From Blastocystis sp. Blastoise (taxonomy: Eukaryota; Protista; Bigyra: Opalinata), in NCBI GenBank assembly GCA_039096225.1, contig JBBPEB010000023.1, positions 310,001 through 374,000 of the forward strand: a stretch of 64,000 bases of DNA. The letters are read 5' to 3'. The notes beneath the pieces are model-generated. The model saw only the letters and a program-made list of their open reading frames with translations. It did no database searches and was not told where the DNA came from. The position numbers and the translations under genes were made by a program. Positions 1 through 37,847 of the stretch are shown piece after piece (within the stretch, counting starts at the first letter, position 1; the number at the start of each line of letters is the position of its first letter).

Positions 1-1847
1 TTAATAAAGCCTTAGTAATACGATTTAATCTCTTCTTATTACGATCAACTTCAGCTTCAATCTATATATATAGAAATTAAATAAAAAAATTATATTTAAA
101 AATAAAAAATATAATATATAGAAATAATAATCAATTCAAGAAATATGAGTTATAATAATAATTATATATATATATACATCAGTAAGAGCTTGTTTAGCCT
201 TGGATAATTTAGCTCTATTTCCTTTTCTCTTTTGAACATGGATCTCAAACATAGCGGCATCCTTCTTATGCCAAGAATCAGTATAATCATTCTATAGGAT
301 ATATATATAGATAGATATATTTGTTATTATAGTGCAATATTTTATTTTTGTAATAATAATAAAATAATAATAAAATAATAATAAAATAATAATAAAATAA
401 TAATAAATATATAATAATAAAATAATAATAAAATAATAATAAAATAATAATAAAATAATAATAAAATAATAATAAAATAATAATAAAATAATAATAAATA
501 TATAATAATAATAAAATAATAATATAACATTATATATACAAGATAAGTATATCTTCTTTCAATGAGGTCTAATAATCCTTGAGTTTGTTTTAATTGACGT
601 TCCATTTCATAGATAAGTAACTTACCAGCAGTAGTAGGCATAAACTGAATAATCTTATACCAATCATTACACATAGTAGCTATATATATAATATTATTAT
701 TATTATTATTATTTATGAACTATTATATTTATATATAAAATAAACTATATTCTATAAATAAATATAATATATAATAATCATAAATATATTATATTATATA
801 TATATACATGTATGATCTAAGCTCTTGCAAATAACAGCATTCTTACTATTTAATTCATTAGCAATCTTTAAGTTTTCATAATTAATATCTAAACTCTGTT
901 GACTTAAGTTCTTAAAACAATGAGACATCTTCTCAGCTGCTTGACTGTATCCATAAGAACGACTAATAACAGTCTTAACGGCACTTAACGTCTTTTCATG
1001 AGTCTTTACTAAACGAGAAATCTTTTCTCTGAAGGACTTTAACACACTATATATATAATAATATAATAATATAATAATATAATAATATAATAATATAATA
1101 ATATAATAATATAATAATATAATAATATAATAATATAATAATATAAAAATAATAATATACACTTCAATTTCTTCAGGACATTTGATATGATTAAGATAGT
1201 TATTATATTCATTATAACCATCATTATCACTGTCTCCCTTGGCCTTCTTCTCAGTAGCACGTTGCTTCTTCTTTTGCTATATACATATAATAGTATTCAT
1301 TATATATTAACTATATATATAATATAATATGATTATATACTCCATCAAAGATACCAATAGCCTTCGTGATATCCGAAGGAATGAAGGAAACGACGTTATT
1401 TACAAGAGTATCCACAGCTTGTGCTTTCTCCCAATTGATCTTTTGAGTGGATAAAAACTCAACGACAGTGTTATCCGCACGAATATAAGGAATAGAAAGA
1501 AGATTATTAATCCAATGCTCTAAGTCTATATATATAATATATAATAATAAATATATAATAATAAATATATAATAATATATAATAATATAAATATAATATA
1601 TAATAATAATATAAACATAGCCATACCTTTCATACGTAAATAGACGAAGTTATTTGATTTATTACCTACAACCTTCTTAGGAGGCATAGGTTCAATTAAT
1701 AAACCAGGATAACGAGCAGTGAGAATATTATAAAGTTGATCAAATTCACTGAAACGTCTTCTGACTTCGAATTCTTGTCCCTTCGTAGATACTTTATAAG
1801 TAGTATAAGGTTGGAAACGATTTCCTTCAGTCTTAGGATCATTTACC

Positions 1848-1879
<32 letters not shown>

Positions 1880-2748
1880 ATCATTATTATAGATTCATAA
1901 TAAAATATATATACATATACAACAACACCATTATAAATTCATAATAAAACAAATATATATATATACAACAACATTAAAGTCTTGAGCTAATATTTTATCA
2001 GCCCATTCTTTATGTTTAGGGAAGAAATCAGGATCTTCAATATATTCATCATCATCTTCTTCTTCTTCTTCACTTTCTTCCTTCTCATTCTCTATATAAA
2101 GTATTATTATTATATATATATATATAATAATATCATACCATCATCATCATCATCATCACTTAAATCATCATCATCACTATCACTATATATATATTATTAA
2201 TATTAAAACATTATATATATATATAAATTCTTTTCTAAAAAAAAAAATATTCCTCTATTAATTACATAAATAATATCTATACCTTTCCATCTTCTTTGAT
2301 TTCTTAGGACGAGGAGAACCAGGTCGTTTCTTTTCTGTTTTCTTTTCAGCTTTCTTTTCAGTCTTAGCTTCAACTTTTTTCACTTCCTTTTTAGGAGTTT
2401 CTTCTTTCTTAGCAACTTCCTTTTTAGGTTCTTCCTTAACTTCAGGAACTATATACAATAAATTCATATAGAATTAACAGAAACTTGTAAAAATAAACAA
2501 AGAATAATGAAAAATCAGTAAAAATATATATATTAAAAAATATTTATACTCCATTTAAATGACATATAAATGGTATAATAATTATAGAATTAATTTAAAA
2601 CATAATAGAATAAAATACCTTCTTCAACATCGGAAACATCAGAAACTACGTCTTCAACATCAGAGATATCAGAGACATCAGAAATACTGATATCAGACAT
2701 AGTGTCGCTTATATCAGAAACATCAGAAACATCACTTATATCAGACAT
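1..2748 (-). CDS. Sorting nexin (PX + BAR-like), 3' end runs off the window; at least 10 GT-AG introns
   Basis: ATG at 2748. Acidic SDISDVSD and Lys-rich N-terminus. The spliced PX domain reads VNDPKTEGNRFQPYTTYKV...FEVRRRFSEFDQLYNILTARYPGLLIEPMPPKK...RMKDLEHWINNLLSIPYIR, followed by helical BAR-like exons. Every intron keeps the frame. Confidence 0.88.
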
Positions 2749-3973
2749 TTTGGTAGAAAAAACTAAATAAAGCAGAAGATATAGTTTTATTCATAATTTT
2801 TATGTTTGAGTAATCAACTATAAAATATAAATATACATTATATATGGCAACAGAATCTATATAAAGATCTTTTTAATAAATATAAAAAGTGAAATGATTC
2901 TGGATCTTTTCTGATTGTCATATTCTGCAGTCATCAGAATAACGATTCCTATGATTTTATTGGATAATTCATACTAAAAAACAAATAATATGAAGATCAT
3001 CTAACTACAGAATAGGGGGAGATTTTTATAATCTTTTTTCTCTATTTTTTTTAATTCTTATCATTGCTTTGCTTTTTATGTATTTTAGTGACTCTATTTA
3101 GTGATACCTGTTTTTGTAAAAAAGTGAGAAAAAAAATATGAAACAAAAAACAAATTGTTATTGTTGTTTTTGTGAATTGTATTAAAATATACTTTAAATT
3201 ATTCAATTAACTATATTTTTTATTCAAAAATAAATTTTAACATATTTATTCATTCAAGTCTTTGAACGATTTAAACAAAATCTAAATAAAAAATTTTGGA
3301 TTTTTTTATTAAAAAAGTTTTTAAATTCATTTCATGTACTCATTTATTTATAGTATAATATTGTATATATATTGGCCTACATACAACAATTATATTTCAT
3401 TTTTTATTTATACAATTCACGGACACACACATTTTTCACTTATCACAATCATTTATTTAGGTAGCAAATGAGTTTATGATCAGTAAAAAGAAAAGCTTTA
3501 GCTATTATTTAATTAAAAAAAAGAACGAAATGATGGTTGATGAAACATAAACCTTTGAAAAATGAAAAAAATGAGTTTAAAAAAATGACTACACAGAATA
3601 GAAACATTTTGAGTGCAATGAAAACTATTTTAAAAATAAAGTGTTTATAATTATTGAAAAGATGTAATGAACAAAAAGAAAAACATATGAATACCTTTAT
3701 ATAAGACAATTGGTAATTATATAAAAATATATTTATAATGATATCTTTGCATATAGGTGTGTTTTCTATCATTTTATAAAATAATACTAAAAAAATGAAT
3801 AGAAACGGAAAAAGAATTAAAGAAGTATATGTAAATGATTTTTGACAATAATCAATAATATAGAATAAAAATACAAGGTATAAATAGATAAATAAATAGT
3901 TGAAAATAAATGAATTAAAAAAAAATGTTTATAAAAATAAACAAGAAAGTAATATATATGTATATTCTTATTT

Positions 3974-5317
3974 TTAAACCGAGTCAATTTGATTTTTAAT
4001 TTCATTTTCAGCAGGAATAAGAGGAGCTTGTATAGTATCTTTATTTATATTATTATTTCGTTTAAAGAAGTTAAAAAGTTTTTGTTTTGAATTATTATTA
4101 TTAGCGCTAGTAGAATTATTATTATTATTATTATTATTACCAAATATAGGTTTATGGATAATTTCAGAAGAATACCAGAATAATATAAGTGCACTTAATA
4201 AACAAATAACAACAGAAATACCTCCACCAACTATATAATTCATTTCATTCTTAATAAATACCATAAGTAATTCTAATAATTCCCAACCAATATTAGAAAT
4301 TACTAGTATACAACAAATAGCATTCCCAGAGTCTATTCCAAATGTATCCATAGAAATAGTAATAAGAGTAGGCCATAATAATGCTACAAATATAGATGTT
4401 ATAATAACAACATAACCACCATATTGTTGACATATTAATGTAATAATTAATAAAACACTAATAGCAAATAAACAATAGACTAAAGATTTAAGATGTCCAA
4501 CTTTATCTACTACAAATCCTAAAAAGAAACGAGAAGCAGTATAGAACCAATAAGTACATGTAGTCATCCATAAATAATTAGAAGGGTCATGATGATATTC
4601 TTTAATAAATTCAACTAAATCAACCATAACGTAGTTTTCAATATAATTAAATAATACATAAATTCCAGAGAAGAACCATACTCTATAGTCGTGAATAGCT
4701 TTGTTGACATAAAAGGTACTTTGACTTGATTGAATCACTTCAGGAATATCAAAATTTACCATAAATAACATGATAATACCTATCACAACAATACCTATAC
4801 AAAATGCATAGATAGCATGGAAACCTAAACTGAATAAAGAAGCAATATTTGGAGCTGTAGTTGTCGAAATAGAAGAACCAAGTCCATTGAAAAAGTGAAG
4901 TAAACACATCATACTAGCAGAGGAAGATCCAGCAAATACAACTGTACCAAAACCATTTAATGAAGTAGCAAGACAACCATAAGCAAATAAGAAAATAATG
5001 ACAGATGCAAAGAAAATAGGATCAGAAATGATAAAAGCACTGAAAATACATCCTGTAGCAGCTAAGATCAATCCAGTAATAATAGAAGCACGAAGAGAAA
5101 AGAAATTGTAGATGATTGTACCTACAAGAAGACATATAGGATATATATATTCCATGTTCTTGGCGATATCAACAGGAAACTTATTGGCTAAACTCTTACG
5201 AGCAACAATTTCACTTCCTTGTACCCAACCATAGATAAACATAGCAAGGTATCCAAAAAGAATAAGAGTTAATCTAGGATAATTAATTTGAGTCTTTGGT
5301 TTCTGAGGAGTCTCCAT
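3974..5317 (-). CDS. Major facilitator superfamily transporter, single exon, 447 aa
   Basis: About 12 hydrophobic segments in a 6+6 arrangement; loop motif GFVVDKVG; LLHFFNGLGS resembles FucP/MFSD4-type carriers. Confidence 0.8.
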   Translation of the reverse strand: METPQKPKTQINYPRLTLILFGYLAMFIYGWVQGSEIVARKSLANKFPVDIAKNMEYIYPICLLVGTIIYNFFSLRASIITGLILAATGCIFSAFIISDPIFFASVIIFLFAYGCLATSLNGFGTVVFAGSSSASMMCLLHFFNGLGSSISTTTAPNIASLFSLGFHAIYAFCIGIVVIGIIMLFMVNFDIPEVIQSSQSTFYVNKAIHDYRVWFFSGIYVLFNYIENYVMVDLVEFIKEYHHDPSNYLWMTTCTYWFYTASRFFLGFVVDKVGHLKSLVYCLFAISVLLIITLICQQYGGYVVIITSIFVALLWPTLITISMDTFGIDSGNAICCILVISNIGWELLELLMVFIKNEMNYIVGGGISVVICLLSALILFWYSSEIIHKPIFGNNNNNNNNSTSANNNNSKQKLFNFFKRNNNINKDTIQAPLIPAENEIKNQIDSV

Positions 5318-6106
5318 TATATTTATACAAAGATATCAAAAGAATAATAAACCAGAATTTTTCATTTTGTAAAACTTGTACCCACAAAAAAATTATTTTT
5401 TTCTGTCTCTCTATTTTATGGATATTCCCATGGTTTTCTTGTTTAGTAATCCAAATGTTGTGTTTATTATTGATTTTGAAAGGTATAGGGACTTAATTTT
5501 ATTGAATCAATTCATTAAATAAGAGTCATTCTATGTTTTTAACTAATTTATGGAATAATCTTGATGTTGAAAGCTATAATAGTGTTTCATTGCTGATAAA
5601 GGTTTGTGTTGGGAGTTTAAATAGATGGAGATAAAGTGCTAGATTCATTTAAAAACGAGTCTATAAGAATAAGAATTGATTTTATTCTAGTTTTTTTGAA
5701 AAACTAAAGAACAATCATGCAATTATCTTAGTCGGAAAGGAACTATTATGCTTATAATAAGCGATGTGACAAGTATACATAGAGAATTTCATAAAAAGAA
5801 ACAAACAGTGAAAAATGAGAGAATAGTATATAAAAAAGGACTATAATACACAAAACAAAATGAAAAAAAAAAATGAATATATATGTGAAATAGTGATAAG
5901 CAAATATATTCATAAAACTATCAATAGTAAAGAAGAGTAAATATAATAAAATATATTATATGAGTCATTGAATGACAATAATATATATAATAAAATAGTA
6001 AAATAAAAAAAAAAGGAGAAAAGAAATGTGTGAATAATAATTATTATTATTAGATATTTTAGATATATAATGAATACACTATGCAAAATATAATATATAT
6101 ATATAA

Positions 6107-12073
<5,967 letters not shown>

Positions 12074-13454
12074 TTTTCAGTATACTGATGTATATATGAT
12101 ACTTATTTATCTCAGAATATAGAATCTGAATTTTCTATTAAGTTTTTATATACTAGTAATTGATGTGTTTATAAAAGGGATTATTTTTTTAAGAAAATCA
12201 TAAGAAACCGTATGATTCAGTCATTATCAGCATTGCTGAATTCACACAAATGATTCTTTTTCGATATTTTTTTATGTTTTTGGTGATCTTTTCACAAGTG
12301 AATCACATTAATAGTATAATGATGGACATTATAGATAGATGATATCAAAGTAATTTTTGTGAAAAATATTAACGTGAATTACCATTACGTTATTGTTGGA
12401 AATATAAAGATTTGATGCTTTTTATAATTAAAATGGAAAGAATTGGTTTTAGAAATCTTTCTTCACTACGAAATAGATCAAAAACGTTATAATGTACGAT
12501 ATCGTTCGTGATGAAGTATTAATAAATTGGTGTGACTTGTTTTAATAATAGTCTTTGTGATTATTCTATTGTAAATCTAAAAAGGATTCATAGAATCTCT
12601 TCTATATCGATAAATTTTTAAAAATTAGGCTCACTTTTGGAAATTAAAGTTTATATGACTTTTATAAGTTATGTTAGATTATAGATGATAAGAAAAATAA
12701 TGATAAGAATTATATTATATAGTAAAAGTCAACATACATATTATTATTCATTAATGAACTTGAAATTCAATTATATATTCGAAAAGATACAACGAAACAC
12801 GAAAAATTTTAAAAAACAAACAAATACTTTAATTGCGAAACACTAAGGACAACAAACAAACAAAATAAATAAACAAAAAGAAAAACAAGAAAAAAAAAAT
12901 AAAAATATACATGAACAAATAATAAGAACAAACAAGAAAAAGAAAAAGAAAAAGAAAGAATTAAAAAAAAACATGAAAAACAGATAAAACTATATAAAAA
13001 TAATTATAATGAATAGAATTGAAATAAATTCTAATAACAAATGTTGAATATAATTCATTTAGATAAAAAAAAAATAGAAAACAATAAGAAGAGAAAGATA
13101 TTTTTATATAGATTATTCAATAAAGAATATATAATATCATTATATATATATAATTCAATATATATATATACATACATTTAACGTATATAAAATAGAAATA
13201 TATATAAAGATTCTTTTAAAGCTATATTTTCAATATTTTATCTATATATATTAATAAATAAACAATATTTATTCTATATATATTATTCTACATAAATAAA
13301 TTATATATATATTTTTTACATAAATAATATAAATACACATTTTTACATAAATAAATTATATATAAATTATTTAACATAAATAAATTATATATATATTTTT
13401 TACATAAATAATATAAATACACATTTTTACATAAATAAATACAATATATGAATA

Positions 13455-14343
13455 TTATAATTTTCCAACGAATTGATCATGATTCCAAATTCCTTCTTCT
13501 ATTGTTCCATTTATATAAGTAATTTTACCTCTACCTCTACGTTCACCATTATAAAATCTACCTTCATAAATCTCTCCATTATTAATAGATCGAATTCCTA
13601 TTCCATGAGGTTTATCATCATTCCATTGACCATCATAATAACTACCATCTATCCAATGAAATATACCAGAACCATTCTTTTTATCTTTATGCCATAAACC
13701 ATCATAATAATCACCTGATTTATAAAATAATTTACCTGCTCCTTCACGTTCTCCACATCTCCATTCTCCTTCATAACGATCTCCATTCGAATAAAACAAA
13801 GAACCTACACCATTTCGTTGAGAATTACAATAATCTCCTACATATCTTGATTTATCAGGATAGATCTCTTCTACAGGACCTACGATCTGATCTAAATTTC
13901 CATTAAAAAATGCTTTTAAAATAGTTCCATTAGATCGAGTCAATTGTCCTTTACCATATATCTGATTGAGCTTGAATTCACCTTCAAATACATCTCCATT
14001 AGAATATTCTAATTTTCCAGTACCATCTCGTCGATCATTTTTATATTCACCATCATATTTTGATCCATCTTTCGATTCTTCTACTCCATGACCATCACGT
14101 TGACCGCAAATCCATGAACCAGTATACCGACAAACTATATTTAAAAAATATAATCAAATAAGTAATTCAATTACAATTAGAGGTTGTAAATTCTCTTGGT
14201 AAGGATATCATATTTCTTTGAATCATCTCTTCTAGTCTAAATACAATGAAATCTATATTATAGAATATCAACAGAGGTTAATATAAGAAAAAAAATGAAG
14301 TTTTAGTATTATACCCAGTTTTTTCATGATAATCCTGATTCAT
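13455..14343 (-). CDS. MORN-repeat protein, 2 introns
   Basis: ATG at 14343; two short GT-AG introns near 14237-14314 and 14135-14174; tandem Y.GeW..g.r.G.G repeats up to TAA at 13455. Confidence 0.88.
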
Positions 14344-14858
14344 TTCGTTAGGTTATCATTATCATTTTTATTTTTGTGTTTTTCTTAGTGATAATATAAA
14401 GATAATATATAATAATATAGGTGAATACTATAAGAGTTCACTTGCTTCATAATATCAGTGAAAGAAGGTATTTACGGAGTATGACTGACATATACAATGT
14501 GTAGTATAACACCAACATTCAATATTTTAAGAATTTCAATACTTTGTGTTATGGTGGCTTTAAAAATAGTTGATCATTCGAAACAAAATAAATTTTGCAT
14601 TTAATCATAGATCATTATTTTTTATATACTTTCATGAACTATGTGTGAATAAGTTCAATTTTTACAAATAGTCATTTATATATTCTAGCCGCCATTTAGA
14701 ATATTATTTTTCTTTGTCAAAATAATAATCACGATTTTATTGTTTTTCTCTATATAAATATAAAATAAACCCTGAATATAATAACAAAATTGTTTTTTAT
14801 AAATTAAATTTTCTTTTAGCTTGTTACATTCTATAAAGGCATCTATTCAGTAATTGAA

Positions 14859-16212
14859 ATGGAAAAATTTGATGAAGCTGCGTTATTCTTATATAAGAAG
14901 AGATCATTAAATATATATTTATTTTCTATATTGAATGTTTTCGTGTGTGTCTCGCTAATCTATTTTTATTTCTCATTCTCCGTTACAAAACCTACTGAAT
15001 GCATGCGTAAATTCTATAATGTTATATTCGTGACGATTGGTTATGCATTTTTCCTTGTATGTTATCTATTTTATTATTTATTGATTGTTTCGTTCATTCT
15101 ATAGGTTTATTATGTTTATGTGAATACAAGAAGATTTTACTTATATTCATTAAATGTTGAATCTAAAAGTTGGACACATCGTGGTATTTCTATTTTGTGT
15201 TCACCTTATTTTTATGTGAATTGTATTCTTAATATGTTCATGAGTGCTTTCACAAGTATTTCCATACATATTCTAATCGATAAGTATATATATATATATT
15301 TCTTTTTCTATATTATTTATAAATAGAGAATTTTTTGTTCCTTCGACTGTCACATCTATTTTAATCATTCTTATTACTTTTATATATGAATATTTCAGCA
15401 TTATTCAGAAGGTAAGTCATTTTTTTTCTTAATTTTTATTATGTATAGTTATTCTTTTTTTAATAATGATTATATGTTGTTTTTTTAAATGTTTTATAAG
15501 TATTGTTATATAAATATATATATAATGTTATATATATATATATATATTATATAGTTATATAAATATATATATATAGTTATATAAAGTTGAACCTAACTAT
15601 ATGGCTAGTTCAATTGCAAATAATTATTTTTCTAAATCGATTCATTTAAAGAGTTTTATATATACTTCATTCTTAATGATTCTCTCTTCTCTTCTCTATA
15701 TTATCATGTATATATATATATAGTTAATTGAAATAATTATAGTATATTATAGATATTTATATTATTTAATATGTATATTATATTCATTTTTTTATATATA
15801 CCTTGTTATATATATATATAGTATACAATTGAATAATTTTATATGTCCAAGAATTCTCAAGTATATATATATATATATTATTTTTGTAATATATTTTAAT
15901 ATATATATATTTATATATTTATTTATTATCTATTTATATATATATAGATCTTTTTGGACTTTTCCATTAGTATCAAAAGAGTATATATATATTATTATTA
16001 TAATATTTATTATACTTATTATACTCTTTATAGATCTTATATTGTTCTCTACTTAATTGTGTTTATTCCTATATATTTACGATTCTTTGTCACTTTATAT
16101 TCAAAGAAAATATATTCAAATCCACTCTTTATTTCCACTGATGTATATATATATATATGCTAATTATATCTGTATATATATATATAGTTACCTGATGGAA
16201 TGATTACTGACG

Positions 16213-16257
<45 letters not shown>

Positions 16258-16489
16258 ATTATATCATTATTTTCAACTGGATCCAACTTATTTAATGAAC
16301 AAATACCTTATAAACTAGCTAATCATTTAGAGCCTCCGTGTAAAACTATATATAATCATGTTGCTAATTATTATATATATGTATATCAAAATATACATAA
16401 AAAGAAGTATTTATATAAGATTTATATATAATTATATATATATAATTATTTTTTATAGTGCACAGTTACCAGAGTCTTTATATTCAACG

Positions 16490-16531
<42 letters not shown>

Positions 16532-17615
16532 GGTCTACCTTTCCTATAGAATTATTCCGTAGTTTATTTTTTTCTTCTCTTCCTTCTATTCTTTCTTTTC
16601 ATAAGGATTCTTTATACTCTAGTTATTATATAATATTATCAAGTACTATTAATGATCTATATCATCAAAAATTATTATTATCACTTCCACTTGAAAAATG
16701 TATATCATGATATATATATAATAATGTTCATAATAAATATAATAATATTCATAATAAATATAATAATATCAATAATAAATATATATATATAGTACCTTAT
16801 GTTCAATCAAATTCAGTTTTATACCCATATATGAATACAACAGATTATATACAATGTACTGACTTATGCCTTTGGAATATACATAATTTAACATTATCTA
16901 TGTATACAACAACATATTTACTTGTGAATTTAATGAAGAAATCTGTATATATAAGTGATTCTATTCCTTTATATATATCAACTCTTGTCTATCTTCACAA
17001 ACAATTAACAAAATATATATATTTATATATTATAGATTCAATAATATTTATTTAAATATAGTAATTATTGATATATATAATTATTTTATTATAAAAATAT
17101 GGATTAATATTATATATTATTCATAATAATAATTATATATATACATATATAGATATATGAATCAATCTAATTACCCGGATTTAGGTGCCTATTCGTATTT
17201 AGGAAGAAAAGAAGATACTCTATTTACTGGTATATATATACATATATTATATAATAAATATTATATCTAATCAAAAATATATATATTTTCAATAATAATA
17301 ATAATAATATATAATTTATTCTATTCTTCAAAAATAATATATTTTCAATATATAAATAATAATAATAATATATAATTTATTATATCTAATCTAAAAAAAC
17401 AATATTTTCTATATTATAATAATAATAAAATATAATTTATTATATCTAATCTAAAAAAACAATATTTTCTATATAATAATAATAATAATATATCTCTAGC
17501 TATTGAAAATAATATCTATTTAATATTATCATCATTACCGCCATTATATGGACTTGTTTTCCCTCCAGATGTTGTCAATTTTATTACTATTTTCAAAAAA
17601 AGAAATCTTCTTTAA
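14859..17615 (+). CDS. Multi-pass membrane protein, possibly a divergent nucleoporin NDC1; about 13 introns
   Basis: Several N-terminal TM segments. The C-terminus (LCLWNIHNL...IPLYISTLVYLHKQLTKY...LFTAIENNIYLILSS) recalls the NDC1 C-terminal pattern by eye. The gene model is solid except for one donor (17013); the identity is tentative. Confidence 0.45.
16216..16255 (+). other. Pure microsatellite intron GT(AT)18AG, 40 nt
   Basis: Removal keeps the frame (TDD-L-IISLF); retention shifts it. Confidence 0.8.
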
Positions 17616-18288
17616 TTTATTATATATATATTTATATTGTTATTCAATCTTTTTATAATAATTATTCTTTTATTTTACTTTTTTAATATGTTGATGTTTT
17701 TATTTTATTTTATTTTTTTCTTGTTTTTACTGATGTTTTAAAAGGAATCTATGTGGACTATACATATGAATGTATTTTCTAATTATTTTACTGTTTGAAA
17801 ACATTAGTTATGCTGTTATGATACTTTTTTTTAAATCTTGATGTTTAAATACTATTTTAATCTTTTTATTCTATTATAACTTTAAAATTACTACATAAAT
17901 TATATACTAGAAACTTTATTATCTTTCACCTTTACACAACATTGATGAGAATCACTAAAAGATGTTATATAACAAAAAACAACCAAATCTAATATGTATG
18001 CAGACTTTAGTATCATGTCTAATCTCCTTAAAAAAATGAATATGAATCAATAAATCACATTATATAAAAAAAGGCGAAACAAAAACAATAAAAACCCCAC
18101 GAAACATGAATCATGAAGAAATTCAAATTATGAGTAAATTTATGAAATAAATCATGTTTATTTTTTAATTGACTCTTTCTTTAAAAACACCAACAAAGTC
18201 AATTAATAAATTTCTTTTTTCATTGTTTACAATTACTATTTATATTCAATAATTGTTGAATTATATATAAAAAGAAACAGTGAAAAAC

Positions 18289-35398
<17,110 letters not shown>

Positions 35399-35986
35399 AA
35401 AATATGTATCTATTTATATACTACTGGAAATATTTATTCTATACTCTTTTTTTTTAAGATTTTTCTCCTTTTTAATTTTTATTGAAATGTTACTATATAT
35501 ATATATATATGTTTATTTCGCATTGATATTGATGTGAGCTGTTATTTATTTATTATTATATATATTTTTTAGCTGATTCTAATATTATTGTTTATAATAA
35601 CATTGTTAGTTCACATTAAATATCAATTACTTATCAATGATTATATATACTTATAATCATATGCTTTTATTTAATATATATTGTTTAGATTTTATGTTTT
35701 TTATCAATGTTTATATGAGATTTTAAGAATAAGATAGTTTGTTTAGTTGTTAATATATATAAACTGTGCTAATTTTCAAAATCTTAATTATAAAGAAAAG
35801 GTTATTAACTATAATATAAGAACAAATTTCTGTATATACTATAGACAACAAACACGAGATATATATGTTTAAAATAATAGTTTTTATTCTTCCTTATGAA
35901 ATACTACATATATATATAAATTACAATCAATTTCACTATTAAGAAATAAATATATTGTTAAAAATTGTGATTTTTTAAATAATATT

Positions 35987-37354
35987 TTAGAAGATAGTTA
36001 TAATCGCAAATGTGACAAAGAGAAGTAATACTGGATATCTATATATATATATATATAATTAATGTTATCTGGATCAATAAAAAGATAAAGTATATTAATA
36101 TAAATGTAAAAAAAACTCAATATATATAAATAATAATAAATATTATTATATTTATTATTATATATATATATATACGCAATAATATATCGTTGTTCTCTCA
36201 TGTTCATTGACGCTTCGAATAATCTTGTACACGCAAATGTACACCAAAAGAGTACGAAGCACGTGAATATAAAACCGAATATATTACTATAAATAAAGAA
36301 AAATCATAAATATTCTTATTATTAAGAAATAAAACATATAATTTAAAATTTGTTTAAAATATAATATTTAGAATGTAAAATAATATATATATATATATAT
36401 ATACTTTAAAGAGAAGAATATTTTGACAATAGCTAGAGATAGAAGAGGAAGAATTCCATAACCAAGAATAGAAGTAGTGTGAGTTAAATCAACAGAATTT
36501 GTTGTAGATATTAAATTTAATAATAATGTCCTATATATATAAAAAAAAAATATTATTTATTAATTTATATGAAAATATATATATAAGATTATTATAAATT
36601 AATTTATATGAAGAATATATATATAAACAAGATTATTATTCATTTTTTAAGAATTTAAAGTCACATATATATATATTTATACATAAGAAAACAACCACAT
36701 AATCCGAATCCAAAAACATAACCATATTGAATCTTTCCAGACTATATATATATGTATTATTATTATTATAACATATAAATAATAATTATAACAACATAAA
36801 TAATACTTATAACAACATAAATAATAATAAAAACACAATATATAATTATTAATTTATAATAATAGAATATATACAAGTAAAAGAAGAGAAGATAAAAGGA
36901 ATAGAAAAAGAACAGGTCCTGTCAAATCAGCATCATCTAATAAATCCTGTGAAACAGTTCCTGTAGGATTTAAGGTGAATAAAGTCTTCTTTATAATATG
37001 TTTGAAATCAATCCCTAATTCTATATATATAAATATTCATTTTTTTTTTGTTAAATATAAAAAGAAAGAACAAAAAAAAAAAACAAAAATATATGTTTAT
37101 ATATTGAAAATCATAAACCAATCATCTATTTACCTTCTAAGAGAGGAGGTTCATTTGAGAAATCTTCTTCAAGCTCAGTCATATCACCTTGATAAATATT
37201 TTGTTGCATAGATCCTTGTACTCCCATTCCATATCCTTGTACACCTGAATCAACACCCATCCAATCATCAACGGGAGCAGGTCTCATGGGATTTGAATAA
37301 CCCTAATATATAATTCAAACTATCTAGAAACTGAACACATACACCTTGATTCAT
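35987..37354 (-). CDS. YIP1: Yip1-domain protein (YIPF5/7-like, ER-Golgi traffic); 6 introns
   Basis: Spliced product contains FSNEPPLLEELGIDFKHI, DDADLTGP, SGKIQYGYVFG, SILGYGILP and QRYIIAYP. Confidence 0.93.
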
Positions 37355-37847
37355 AAAAGTATCGTGAATAATGAATAAATAGAAATATAAATATTTGCTA
37401 AACATTTTTTTTGAAAACTGAAAACCGTAAATACTTCTGTTTTACTGCGTATATTTCAATTATTTTCGGATTCTACAGAAGTTCATCTTCCTTTTTATAT
37501 TTTCATCTATTATTTGAATGATTATATACGAAGAATGTTATTTAGTTTTAATTAAGTTATCATATATAAACTTTATCGTCATTTATATCAAAATTCAAGA
37601 ATAATTATTATCAAAGTTAATGACTCTTTTTTCATAATAATTTTAAAATATATATATGTATAGCATAATATGTTGATTTCATTTTATGAGTTATATAAAC
37701 ATAGTTTTCCACATAAATGATAAAAAATGTGAAAAAAAATATTTAATTTTATTATTGTCAATTAAATAAATATATAATTATATAAGCAACTAAATAGAAT
37801 TTACATATTTGATACCCCCATTTTTATATGCTAATAATAAATTTCGT

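Noticed and set aside
12100-13450. Possible pseudogene or ncRNA in the long intergenic region (likewise 40440-40760)
   Set aside because: No sustained ORF, splice pattern or recognisable RNA motif; consistent with promoter and 3'UTR sequence.
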